Shown here in pieces: positions 10,498-19,520 of a stretch of DNA of 64,000 nt. The translations under genes were made by a program, and so were the position numbers. The notes under the pieces are model-generated. The model ran no database searches, had not been told where the DNA came from, and saw nothing but the letters and a program-made list of their open reading frames with translations. This DNA is from Pseudobdellovibrionaceae bacterium (GTDB taxonomy: Bacteria; Bdellovibrionota; Bdellovibrionia; Bdellovibrionales; UBA1609). How positions within the stretch are numbered: the first letter of the stretch is position 1; each line of letters starts with the position of its first letter. The DNA is taken from positions 437,322 to 501,321 of the forward strand of contig JAMLIO010000001.1 in the NCBI GenBank assembly GCA_023954155.1, read 5' to 3'.

Positions 10498-10824
10498 ATG
10501 TCAGAGCATAATCAAAATAGTCACCATGGTGCTCATCACGTTCAACCTTTTGAACTTTATTTGAAGGTTTTTGGAGCCCTTATCGTACTTACAATCATCA
10601 CGGTTTGGATTGCTCAATTTCACTTTGGAGTTTTAAACGGGTTCATCGCCATGTTTGTGGCAACGATTAAGGCAACTTTGGTGGGAATGTACTTTATGAA
10701 CTTAAAGCATGACAATAAGCTTTATACGGTCATTCTTATTACTGCTGTAGCCTTCTTGTTGTTATTATTTGGCTTCTCGATATTTGATTTTGACACCAGA
10801 GTGCTGGAGACCAGCCCACTATAA
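10498..10824 (+). CDS. ctaF: cytochrome c oxidase subunit IV (bacterial caa3 small subunit)
   Basis: 108 aa with three TM helices and the motif KATLVGMYFMNLKH. Its position after ctaE fits. Confidence 0.7.
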   Translation: MSEHNQNSHHGAHHVQPFELYLKVFGALIVLTIITVWIAQFHFGVLNGFIAMFVATIKATLVGMYFMNLKHDNKLYTVILITAVAFLLLLFGFSIFDFDTRVLETSPL

Positions 10825-10825
10825 T

Positions 10826-11695
10826 ATGTTCAAAGCTTATTTAGACCTTACAAAGTCAGGCATAACTATTTTCGTACTTGTATGTGGCGTAATAGGTTAT
10901 GCGTTAGGGAGTCCGTACGGGGCTCCCTTTGTCTTTGAAGACATCACCACATTTATCATCGGTCTTTATCTTTTAAGCTCAGGGAGCTTGGCGTTCAATC
11001 AAGCTCAAGAGTGGACCATTGATAAAAAGATGAAAAGAACAGAAACAAGACCCATCCCTTCAGGTCTTATTCAACCTTGGCAAGCTTATGTTTTGGGGAT
11101 TGTCTTCTGTGTGGTTGGAACATTGATTTTATTTATACACGGATGGATGCCTGCGCTGCTTGGGGTGCTCACAGTGGTTTTATATAACGGTCTGTACACC
11201 CTATATTGGAAAAAACGATGGTCCTTTGGTGCAGTCCCTGGTGCGATTCCTGGAGCCATGCCTGTCAGTATTGGGTTTGCCTGTCAGAACACCAATCTTT
11301 TGGATTCTTTGCACATCTATTTATTCCTTATTGTGTTTCTCTGGCAGATGCCCCACTTTTGGATTTTAGCCATCAAATTTAAAAATGATTATCTTGCGGG
11401 AGGCTTTCCTGTTCTGCCATTAAAGATTGGTGTGGAAAGAACAGTTTATCATATTGGTCTATATATGTTTGCGTATCTAGCGGTGGCCATCACAGCACCC
11501 ATCACCATTGGTGCTAGGTGGGTGCACTTTTTAGTGATACTTCCTTTTGTAATTATGGTTCTATATTATTTTGTCCAATTCGTAAGACATGGCGAAAAGA
11601 AATGGTTAGGATTTTTTCTCTCCGTCAACTTCAGCATGCTCGCCTTCATCAGTGCCCCTGTCTTTGACAGAGTCTATAAACTTTTAACGCTTTAG
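10826..11695 (+). CDS. ctaB: protoheme IX farnesyltransferase (heme O synthase)
   Basis: UbiA-family membrane protein starting MFKAYLDLTKSGIT. I prefer the ATG at 10826, immediately after the ctaF stop, over the track start at 10769, which overlaps ctaF by 56 nt. Confidence 0.9.
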   Translation: MFKAYLDLTKSGITIFVLVCGVIGYALGSPYGAPFVFEDITTFIIGLYLLSSGSLAFNQAQEWTIDKKMKRTETRPIPSGLIQPWQAYVLGIVFCVVGTLILFIHGWMPALLGVLTVVLYNGLYTLYWKKRWSFGAVPGAIPGAMPVSIGFACQNTNLLDSLHIYLFLIVFLWQMPHFWILAIKFKNDYLAGGFPVLPLKIGVERTVYHIGLYMFAYLAVAITAPITIGARWVHFLVILPFVIMVLYYFVQFVRHGEKKWLGFFLSVNFSMLAFISAPVFDRVYKLLTL

Positions 11696-11774
11696 GTATT
11701 CAATTCAAAAATTATTCAGTCAGAAAATAAACTTTCGGGTGAACTCCTCAAGATATTGGGTTTTAATTTTATAC

Positions 11775-12431
11775 CTAGCGCAGTTCTGGAGGCGTGTCGG
11801 GCTGTTGTGAGGGTGAACCTTTGATTACGGCTTCGAGTTGGCTGAGGTTTTTATATGCTTCTGCAATTTTGGGGTAGTTTTCAAGAGTCATATTGTATCT
11901 AAAAGCGGTGTAAACCTGAGGAACTAAAAATAAATCTGCGGTTGTAACTTGCTCACCAAAGCTATAAGGGCCCGCATGTTTTGCAATCAGTTGTTCGTAA
12001 GCATAAAATCCCATGTGAATCCAATCTATGATCCATTTCACTTTTTGTTCCTCGGAAATGGCGAAATCGGACTCGAGTTTTTGTAAAGTTCGTAAGTTTT
12101 GTAAAGGCTGGATGCCACTATTGATAATTTCACAAGCGGCTCGAACTTGGCTTTTTAGATAAGGGTCTGAAGGAAAAAGAGGTGGGGTGGGAAACGCTTC
12201 GTCAAGGTACTCGATGATGGCCACAGACTGGGAAATGCTTTTTCCGTCATGTAAAAGTAAAGGCACCTCAGCTTTAGGGTTAAGTTTTTTGTAGTCGGTT
12301 GAATTTTGTTCGCCACCATTATTCAGGAGGTGGATGGGCAAATACTCATAGTTTAGACCTTTAATGTTCAATGCAATGCGAACACGAAAGGCACTAGAAC
12401 TGCGAAAGTAACTGTAGAGCTGTAAGGACAC
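11775..12431 (-). CDS. maiA: maleylacetoacetate isomerase (GST zeta class)
   Basis: 218 aa beginning LYSYFRSSSAFRVRIALNIKGL..., the typical zeta-GST N-terminus. Confidence 0.85.
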   Translation of the reverse strand: MSLQLYSYFRSSSAFRVRIALNIKGLNYEYLPIHLLNNGGEQNSTDYKKLNPKAEVPLLLHDGKSISQSVAIIEYLDEAFPTPPLFPSDPYLKSQVRAACEIINSGIQPLQNLRTLQKLESDFAISEEQKVKWIIDWIHMGFYAYEQLIAKHAGPYSFGEQVTTADLFLVPQVYTAFRYNMTLENYPKIAEAYKNLSQLEAVIKGSPSQQPDTPPELR

Positions 12432-12628
12432 AAATTCCCCCTTTTCCTTTGAAAAATAGCACTTTTTTGGCTATTAAAAAGGCGTGGCGCAAGGTTGATG
12501 AAATAGATGGCGTAGCGCGGGCTCAGATAGCATTGTGTTGATCAAACAACGTGGTGTGAGTTCGTTCAAGCTGTATTGTGTGGAGCCAGTCACGTGGTGT
12601 AGGGTCGATGAAAACGGTGAGGTGAATC

Positions 12629-13603
12629 ATGAAGTTAGGAACACTTAAAAATAACACTCGAGACGGCGAGTTGGTTGTAGTTCGTCGTGACAATGAGGCT
12701 TATGTTAAAGTTCCCCAGATTGCGAAGACCATGCAAGACGCCCTTGATCGTTGGGAGGAGTGTAGTCCCAAGTTGGAGGCTATTTTTGCAGATCTAAATA
12801 GCAAAAAAATTGCGGGGGAAAAATTAAACCAAAGTGATTTTCACTCCCCTCTTCCACGTGCTTACCACTGGGCAGACGGGTCAGCCTTTATTCACCATAT
12901 TAAACTGGTCAGAATGGCCAGAAATGCGCCTATGCCCCCCACTCTAGAAACCGTACCCTTAATGTATCAAGGGGGAAGTGATACGTTTTTAGCTCCTACT
13001 GAAGACATCCCGCAAGTGGACTTTTCCCATGGGACCGACTTTGAAGGGGAGGTGGGTGTGATCACTAAAGATGTGCCCATGGGGATTTCTCCTGAAGATG
13101 CCCTGGATAAAATCGTACTTTTTGTATCTATCAATGATGTCTCGTTGCGTGGGTTAATTCCTGCGGAATTAGAAATGGGTTTTGGCTTTTATCAAAGTAA
13201 ACCCTCGTCGGCTTTTGGACCATTCGCCGTGACCAAAGACGAGTTGGGGGAGGCCTGGAAAGAAGGCCGAATTCACTTGCCTTTAGACGTGGAATATAAC
13301 GGCCAGTTTTTCGGTAAGGCCAACGCCAAAGAGATGTTCTTCCATTTCGGCCAGTTGATTGCTCATGCGGCAAAGACCAGAAATTTAGCGGCGGGAACGA
13401 TTATAGGCAGTGGCACGGTGTCCAATGAAGATGAATCTGCGGGGTCCAGTTGTTTGGCGGAAGTCCGAATGATTGAAAAGATCAAAACAGGCGAGTTTAA
13501 AACCCCATTTATGAAAGACGGGGATACCGTTAAAATCGAGATGAAAACCCCTAATGGCCAAAGCATTTTTGGGACAATTTTTCAAAAAGTAAAAGCCCTT
13601 TGA
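12629..13603 (+). CDS. fumarylacetoacetate hydrolase (FAH) family protein
   Basis: 324 aa beginning MKLGTLKNNTRDGELVVV, with a C-terminal FAH-fold pattern (GTIIGSGTVSN). It is divergent from maiA. Confidence 0.8.
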   Translation: MKLGTLKNNTRDGELVVVRRDNEAYVKVPQIAKTMQDALDRWEECSPKLEAIFADLNSKKIAGEKLNQSDFHSPLPRAYHWADGSAFIHHIKLVRMARNAPMPPTLETVPLMYQGGSDTFLAPTEDIPQVDFSHGTDFEGEVGVITKDVPMGISPEDALDKIVLFVSINDVSLRGLIPAELEMGFGFYQSKPSSAFGPFAVTKDELGEAWKEGRIHLPLDVEYNGQFFGKANAKEMFFHFGQLIAHAAKTRNLAAGTIIGSGTVSNEDESAGSSCLAEVRMIEKIKTGEFKTPFMKDGDTVKIEMKTPNGQSIFGTIFQKVKAL

Positions 13604-13745
13604 CTATTTTTTATACTTATTAGATAAACAGAATTGTAATTTATGAATCTTGATCTTGGCCTTATGTAGTCCTGCTTCAATGTGTCCTAAATTATAGTAA
13701 CTTATAGCTTGCGCAATGGGCGCAATAATTGAAGAGGAAATATAT

Positions 13746-14072
13746 ATGACTAAAATATATGTTGGAAATATCGCTTTCGGTACTCAAGAAGAAGATCTAA
13801 GAGATCTTTTTGGAGCAAAAGGTGAAGTTGTATCTGTAAAGATCATCACTGACCGCGAATCTGGTCGCTCAAAAGGCTTTGGATTCGTAGAAATGTCATC
13901 TAATGATGATGCGCAGAACGCGATCAATGATTTGAATGGCCAAGAGTTTCAAGGCCGTAATTTAAGAGTGAACGAAGCTATGGATCGTCCACCAAGACGT
14001 GATGGCGGTGGGCGCCCAGGTGGCGGCGGTGGCCGTGGCGGTCGTCCTAACGGTGGCGGCTGGGGTCGTTAA
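13746..14072 (+). CDS. RRM-type RNA-binding protein with glycine/arginine-rich tail
   Basis: RNP motifs KIYVGNIAF and KGFGFVEM, followed by an RGG-rich tail. I prefer the ATG at 13746, which follows a gaggaaa RBS. Confidence 0.85.
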   Translation: MTKIYVGNIAFGTQEEDLRDLFGAKGEVVSVKIITDRESGRSKGFGFVEMSSNDDAQNAINDLNGQEFQGRNLRVNEAMDRPPRRDGGGRPGGGGGRGGRPNGGGWGR

Positions 14073-14106
14073 TCGTAACTGATAAACAAATGTGAATTCT
14101 TTAAAA

Positions 14107-14138
14107 ACGGGACCGAAAGGCCCCGTTTTTTTTATTTT
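14107..14138 (+). terminator. rho-independent terminator
   Basis: ACGGGACC-gaaa-GGCCCCGT stem with one mismatch, followed by an 8-T run. Confidence 0.7.
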
Positions 14139-14232
14139 AGCCCTAATTTTGACCCCCTTCGTGATGTTTTTTAAGGCTGTTTGGACTACTTTCATCAGCA
14201 AAATACCAACCAATACTAGGGGAGCAAAACTA

Positions 14233-15741
14233 ATGAAAAATCATACACTTAGGGTTTATCCGTCAAAAGAAAACTTACCACGTGAAGAGCAGTTGGCTTG
14301 GAAGTTTGCCGAGTTAGCATCTGATCCCGTCGCTGTTGATAAAGACGTTGAAGAGATGATCATCAACCGTATCATTGATAATGCTTCTGTAGCGATTGCG
14401 GCGATTAACAGAAGACCTGTAGCCAATGCCAGATCGCAAGCTCTATCTCATCCTCGCAAAGGAGGAGCACAAGTTTTTGGTTTACCTAGTGAACAGACGT
14501 TTTCTCCAGAGTGGGCCGCATGGGCTAACGGAACTGCTGTTCGTGAGTTAGACATGCACGACACATTCTTAGCAGCAGACTACTCCCACCCTGGCGATAA
14601 TATTCCTCCCATTCTGGCTGTGGGACAAACAATGAGTAAGTCGGGCCAAGACCTTATTCGCGGTTTAGCAACAGGTTATGAAATCCAAGTCAACCTAGTA
14701 AAGGGAATTTGCTTACATAAGCACAAAAAAGATCACATTGCTCACTTATGTCCTTCGGCTGCGGCAGGTATCGGTACCATGTTGGGTCTTCAAACAGAAA
14801 GGATCTATCAAGCCGTACAGCAAGCGGTGCACACTTGCTTTTCTACTCGTCAATCTAGAAAGGGTGAGATTTCAAGTTGGAAAGCTTACGCGCCTGCTTT
14901 TGCTGGTAAACTGGCTATCGAAGCCGTAGACCGTGCTATGAGAGGGGAAAATAGCCCATCGCCTATTTATGAGGGTGAGGACAGTGTGGTGGCTTATATG
15001 TTAGACGGCAAAAATGCCAACTACACCATTCCTCTTCCAGAAAAAGGCGAAGCCAAAAAAGCCATTCTTGAAACTTACACTAAAGAGCACTCCGCTGAAT
15101 ATCAATCTCAAGCTTTAATTGATTTGGCTTTTGATATGAGAAAAAAGATCAAAGATCTTTCTGCAATTAAAAGTATTGTTTTACACACTAGCCACCACAC
15201 TCACTATGTGATTGGAACAGGTGCGGGTGACCCACAAAAGATGGACCCTAAAGCTAGTCGAGAAACTTTAGATCACAGTATCATGTACATCTTTGCTGTG
15301 GCTTTAGAAGATGGCACTTGGCACCATGTAGACAGCTACACTCCTGAAAGAGCGGGCAGATCTGAGACCGTAAAACTCTGGCATAAGATCAGCACAGTAG
15401 AAGATCCAAAGTGGACAGAGCTTTATCACAATCCAGATCCCAACAAAAAAGCTTTTGGTGCTAAAGTAGTTATAACATTCGAAGATGGCTCTACCCTTGA
15501 AGATGAAAAGTATGTGGCAGATGCTCATCCTGCAGGAAACCGCCCTTTTAAACGTGATAACTATATTCACAAATTTAAAACCTTAACTTCGGGAATCATT
15601 ACAGATGCTGAGTCAGCGAGGTTCATTGAAGTTGTACAAGACCTTCCGAACCTTAAAGCAGGACAGCTAGGACTTCTGAACATTGAAGTTCCTTTAAAAG
15701 ATCTTTTAAATAATGAACGTGATCAACGAGGAATTTTTTAA
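14233..15741 (+). CDS. prpD: 2-methylcitrate dehydratase (MmgE/PrpD family)
   Basis: PrpD-family sequence throughout. I prefer the ATG at 14233 ([10 protein letters not shown]...) after an aggggagca RBS. The longer track ORF would read through the upstream terminator. Confidence 0.9.
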   Translation: MKNHTLRVYPSKENLPREEQLAWKFAELASDPVAVDKDVEEMIINRIIDNASVAIAAINRRPVANARSQALSHPRKGGAQVFGLPSEQTFSPEWAAWANGTAVRELDMHDTFLAADYSHPGDNIPPILAVGQTMSKSGQDLIRGLATGYEIQVNLVKGICLHKHKKDHIAHLCPSAAAGIGTMLGLQTERIYQAVQQAVHTCFSTRQSRKGEISSWKAYAPAFAGKLAIEAVDRAMRGENSPSPIYEGEDSVVAYMLDGKNANYTIPLPEKGEAKKAILETYTKEHSAEYQSQALIDLAFDMRKKIKDLSAIKSIVLHTSHHTHYVIGTGAGDPQKMDPKASRETLDHSIMYIFAVALEDGTWHHVDSYTPERAGRSETVKLWHKISTVEDPKWTELYHNPDPNKKAFGAKVVITFEDGSTLEDEKYVADAHPAGNRPFKRDNYIHKFKTLTSGIITDAESARFIEVVQDLPNLKAGQLGLLNIEVPLKDLLNNERDQRGIF

Positions 15742-15753
15742 TTTAAAATCGAG

Positions 15754-16653
15754 GTGACTTTGATCGACTTAAATGTAAACGCTGCTGATAAAAGAAAAAG
15801 ACTGCGTGCCGATTTGGCTTCGGGAAAACTTTTACGTTATCCAGGAGCATTTTCCCCGCTGGTTTCCATGTTGATAGAACAGATTGGTTTTGATGGGGTG
15901 TACATTTCTGGGGCTGTGCTTTCGAATGATTTAGGTCTGCCTGATATTGGGCTGACAACTTTATCAGAAGTTGGCGCTCGAGGCAGAGCGATTGGCAGAA
16001 CCACTAATCTTCCCACTATCATTGATATAGACACGGGCTTTGGTGAAACCATGAGTGCCGCTAGAACCATTCGTGAAATGACGGACCTTGGAATCAGTGG
16101 TTGTCACATTGAGGATCAAGTGAACCCTAAAAGATGTGGTCATCTTGACAACAAATCTATCGTTGAAACTCAAGATATGGTGAAAAAAGTAAAAGCCGCG
16201 TCTCTTGCGAAGACAGATCCGAACTTTGTGCTTATGGCTAGAACTGATGCCAGAGCCAGTGAAGGACTAGAGAAGGCCATCGCTAGAGCCAAGGCCTATG
16301 TGGATGCAGGTGCTGACATGATCTTCCCAGAAGCCTTGCAAAATGAAGCCGAGTTTGAAGCGTTTAGAAAAGCTGTAGATGTGCCTTTGCTAGCGAATAT
16401 GACAGAGTTTGGGAAGTCTAAATTGCTGGACACTAAAACTCTAGAAAATCTAGGCTACAATATGGTGATCTATCCTGTAACAACATTGAGATTAGCGATG
16501 AAAGCCGTTGAGGATGGACTTCGCCATATCTATGAAAAGGGCAGCCAAGAACAGATCGTCGATCAAATGCAACATCGCAAACGTTTGTATGAAATTTTAA
16601 GATACGAAGATTACAATAAATTCGATTTAGATATTTTTAACTTTCGTGTGTAA
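15754..16653 (+). CDS. prpB: methylisocitrate lyase
   Basis: 299 aa with a GTG start, in the isocitrate lyase/PEP mutase family (TGFGE..., EDQVNPKRCGHL). Confidence 0.92.
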   Translation: MTLIDLNVNAADKRKRLRADLASGKLLRYPGAFSPLVSMLIEQIGFDGVYISGAVLSNDLGLPDIGLTTLSEVGARGRAIGRTTNLPTIIDIDTGFGETMSAARTIREMTDLGISGCHIEDQVNPKRCGHLDNKSIVETQDMVKKVKAASLAKTDPNFVLMARTDARASEGLEKAIARAKAYVDAGADMIFPEALQNEAEFEAFRKAVDVPLLANMTEFGKSKLLDTKTLENLGYNMVIYPVTTLRLAMKAVEDGLRHIYEKGSQEQIVDQMQHRKRLYEILRYEDYNKFDLDIFNFRV

Positions 16654-16680
16654 AAGCACAAAAACAAAAGGAGACGTGTC

Positions 16681-17799
16681 GTGAGTACAATGAACGTAAA
16701 ACCAGGGTTAGAGGGAGTGGTTGTTGATAAGACATCAATTTCTAAAGTGATGCCAGAGATCAACTCCTTAGTGTATAGAGGCTATAAGGTTCAAGACCTA
16801 GCTGAAAACTGCAACTTTGAAGAAGTAGCTTATTTGTTGTGGAATGATGATCTGCCGAGTGCGGCTCAGTTAAAAGAATTTTCTGATAAAGAAAAAAGCT
16901 ACAGAGAGTTACCTGCAAATGTTGTGGAGTCATTAAGACAGATCAGCACCAAGTGCCACCCTATGGATTTTGTAAGAACGGGTGTCAGTTTACTGGGTTG
17001 TGAAGATGAGAGAGTTTGGGATGACTCTAAAGAGACTAACTATGACAAGGCTCTATCGCTTCTTGCTAAAATCCCTACGATCATTGCTTATGGTTACAGA
17101 TTCAAACAAGGCAAAGAGTTGATTCCACCTGCAAAAGATCTTTCGATTTCTGAAAACTTCTTTAAAATGTGTTTTGGTGAAGTGCCAGCTAAAGAAATTG
17201 TGAAGGCTTTTGATGTGTCTTTGATTCTTTATGCTGAACATAGCTTTAATGCTTCTACGTTTGCAGCTCGTGTGATCACGTCTACAACCTCTGATCTTTA
17301 CAGTGCGGTCACGGGTGCTATTGGTGCTTTAAAAGGACCTTTGCATGGTGGAGCCAATGAACAAGTGATGTATCTTTTAAAAGAAGTGGGCGAGCCCACA
17401 AAAGCTAAAGAGTGGATGCACCAAGCTTTAAAAGAAAAGCGTAAAGTGATGGGCTTTGGCCACAGAGTTTATAAAAACGGTGACTCCAGAGTTCCAACCA
17501 TGAAAAAGTATATGACTTTAATGGCGAAGTTCACAGGTGCAGAAAAGTGGTTAGAAATTTCTAATGAACTGGAAGCTGTGATGGTAGCAGAAAAGAATAT
17601 TCACCCTAACTTGGATTTCCCTGCGGGTCCTGCTTACTACATGATGGGTTTTGAAATTGAAATGTTCACACCTATTTTTGTTATGAGCCGTATCACAGGC
17701 TGGTCGGCCCATATTATGGAACAAGCGGCAAACAACAGAATCATCAGACCGTTGAGTGAGTACACGGGCTATGGAGAAAGAGCTGTTCCTACTAAATAA
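16681..17799 (+). CDS. prpC: 2-methylcitrate synthase / citrate synthase family
   Basis: 372 aa with the citrate synthase motifs GPLHGGANE and GFGHRVYK. It lies in a prp context. Confidence 0.9.
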   Translation: MSTMNVKPGLEGVVVDKTSISKVMPEINSLVYRGYKVQDLAENCNFEEVAYLLWNDDLPSAAQLKEFSDKEKSYRELPANVVESLRQISTKCHPMDFVRTGVSLLGCEDERVWDDSKETNYDKALSLLAKIPTIIAYGYRFKQGKELIPPAKDLSISENFFKMCFGEVPAKEIVKAFDVSLILYAEHSFNASTFAARVITSTTSDLYSAVTGAIGALKGPLHGGANEQVMYLLKEVGEPTKAKEWMHQALKEKRKVMGFGHRVYKNGDSRVPTMKKYMTLMAKFTGAEKWLEISNELEAVMVAEKNIHPNLDFPAGPAYYMMGFEIEMFTPIFVMSRITGWSAHIMEQAANNRIIRPLSEYTGYGERAVPTK

Positions 17800-17847
17800 G
17801 CTTTTTCGTCATTAAACAAATTGGACGATAAAGAATAAACAATATCT

Positions 17848-17873
17848 AAAAGCCTCCTTTGGGGGCTTTTTTT
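17848..17873 (+). terminator. rho-independent terminator of the prp operon
   Basis: AGCCTCC-ttt-GGGGGCT stem with one G-U pair, followed by a 7-T run. Confidence 0.75.
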
Positions 17874-17881
17874 ACGCGGGC

Positions 17882-18047
17882 GGCGTTGTTGTTTGGAAGG
17901 TCTTTAGAAGAAATATCCCTCTAACAAGAGGCACGCCCATCCATGGGCTCTTCCAGTATTTGCCCTGCGGGCAAAACGCGTCACGCTTACTGGAGGCCTA
18001 TTGTTAGGGAGATATCTCTTCTAAAGACCTTCCAAACAACAACTGCC
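17882..18047. repeat. 166-nt long imperfect inverted repeat with nested sub-hairpins (candidate structured RNA or MITE)
   Basis: Arms 17882-17927 and 18001-18047 are complementary, with 3 mismatches and a 1-nt bulge. The interior holds GCCCATccATGGGC (17935-17948), CTTCCAGTA/TACTGGAGG (17950-58 with 17988-96) and TTGCCCtgcGGGCAA (17960-74). Confidence 0.85.
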
Positions 18048-18152
18048 TGTGTGATTGTGTTTAAGCTGGGATATAGCTGTCTGCTCCGTTGTCCTATTCG
18101 GTTATTTATATCATCAACAAAATTAAAAAACTAAGCACGTTCAATATAAGGC

Positions 18153-18368
18153 TTGCGGAAAACTTACAGATTCCCTATTTTTCATTTCAAATTCAGAGGA
18201 CCTCAAGGAACCAGAATATGTGGTATCAGATATAAAAAGACTAAGCATATTGGAAGACTAGACTATGGTGTCTATGAAGGTACACATGGACAAAATAGAC
18301 TGCATTTACATTTGCCTCCAAACATGAAACGCCATATTTCAATTGATCCAAGAAGTTTATTTGATTAG
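18153..18368 (+). pseudogene. ORF with no ATG start (only an upstream TTG); possible C-terminal gene remnant
   Basis: The frame is open from 18153, but the only in-frame ATG is 15 codons before the stop and there is no RBS. It ends 21 nt before the RBS-preceded ATG of the next small ORF. Confidence 0.25.
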
Positions 18369-18389
18369 TTTTTGATATTAGAGGTTAAA

Positions 18390-18647
18390 ATGGATACAGA
18401 ACTAAAGAGAAAAAAAATAGAAGAAATTGTAAATGAGGTATTGAAAAACAACTCGGATCTTTTTGATTTAATGGATATGTGGCCCCTACCAAAAGGTCCT
18501 TTTCTTCCAAATGAAGAAGAGCTAAGACATGTCTTAGATCACTATGTTGCAGATCAGGATATACGCTCTAAAGAGGTTGAATACGAAGAATACCAAAGGG
18601 AAGAAGTGTTAGAAGCATATAGAATTTTTTTAGATTCAAATAAATGA
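18390..18647 (+). CDS. small acidic helical hypothetical protein
   Basis: 85 aa from the ATG at 18390, preceded by a gaggt RBS. I recognise no family. Confidence 0.45.
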   Translation: MDTELKRKKIEEIVNEVLKNNSDLFDLMDMWPLPKGPFLPNEEELRHVLDHYVADQDIRSKEVEYEEYQREEVLEAYRIFLDSNK

Positions 18648-18806
18648 GATACCAAATTGGGAAATTTTTAAAACTTAAAAAACAATTATTAAATGTATGT
18701 TTGAAAATAAAGGCCGAAGATGATTTGCTCGTGGTCTGTTGAGTTGCTGGAAATAGTGAGTATAAATGCTTGAAATTACGGGTTCTTAAAAAAAACAAAC
18801 CCGCAC

Positions 18807-18835
18807 CTTGACACCCTTAAAATAAAACCCATCTT
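18807..18835 (+). promoter_or_regulatory. candidate sigma32 heat-shock promoter for hsp20
   Basis: CTTGACA-N13/14-(A)CCCATCTT against the E. coli sigma32 consensus CTTGAAA-N13-17-CCCCATNT. It lies about 126 nt upstream of the hsp20 ATG. Confidence 0.5.
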
Positions 18836-18961
18836 TATATTGTGCATAGGGAGCTTCTTCTGGTGCACCTTCCTAGTGTTTCTAGAGCGCTGGGGTGTTT
18901 TAGAAGAGCACCAAGCAAACAAACAGAGTTTTTTAACTATGTTTCACAAGGAGGTTATTTT

Positions 18962-19447
18962 ATGAAATGGGTAGTCCCTTATAATTCATCTTTAGGTCAT
19001 AGAGCACTTTTTGATGATTTTGATCGTTTAGTAAATTCATTTTTAACACCACTGGATGCGCAGACTGTAAACTTTAAACCAGCTTGCGATATCGACGAAA
19101 CTGCAGACCACTATTTGGCTAGTTTTGATCTCCCAGGTGTAAAAAAAGAAGATATAAGTATAGAAATTAAAGACGGGTATCTCACAGTTACAGGTGAAAG
19201 ACACCGAGAAACTAAAGACACAAAGGCTCAGCACTATGAGCGAAGCTATGGTAAGTTTCAAAGACGTTTTTCTTTGCCTGAAAAGATTGACCCTAAGCAA
19301 ATTGAAGCTGCTTTTGAAGATGGTGTGCTTCAACTTCTCATCCCCAAAACCAAAGAAGCTGAAGGACATAAAATTGAAATTAAGTCTAAAGCTTCTGGAG
19401 GTCTTCTAGACAAGATTTTAAATGTAAAATCGAGTAAAGAAGAATAA
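18962..19447 (+). CDS. Hsp20/alpha-crystallin family small heat-shock protein
   Basis: An alpha-crystallin domain (DIDETADHYLASFDLPGVKKEDISIEIKDGYLTVTGER...FEDGVLQLLIPK). The ATG at 18962 follows a caaggagg RBS. Confidence 0.92.
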   Translation: MKWVVPYNSSLGHRALFDDFDRLVNSFLTPLDAQTVNFKPACDIDETADHYLASFDLPGVKKEDISIEIKDGYLTVTGERHRETKDTKAQHYERSYGKFQRRFSLPEKIDPKQIEAAFEDGVLQLLIPKTKEAEGHKIEIKSKASGGLLDKILNVKSSKEE

Positions 19448-19481
19448 CAGTTCCCCTTGTAGAAAGAATCTACAACTCTTG

Positions 19482-19518
19482 CTATCCTCAATCTCCTCCG
19501 ATTGGGGATAGTTCTTTT
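19482..19518. terminator. hairpin terminator between convergent hsp20 and hmuV
   Basis: CTATCCTCAATC-tcctcc-GATTGGGGATAG, a 12-bp stem with one wobble, followed by ttctttt. Confidence 0.6.
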
Positions 19519-19520
19519 GG

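Noticed and set aside
10769-10825. The longer ctaB ORF starting at 10769.
   Set aside because: It would overlap ctaF by 56 nt and add a non-conserved N-terminus. The ATG at 10826, right after the ctaF stop, begins the conserved MFKAYLDLTK sequence.
17943-18134. 63-aa ORF across the long hairpin element.
   Set aside because: It has no RBS. It spans one arm and the loop of the inverted repeat. Its composition is Cys/Arg-rich and looks non-coding.
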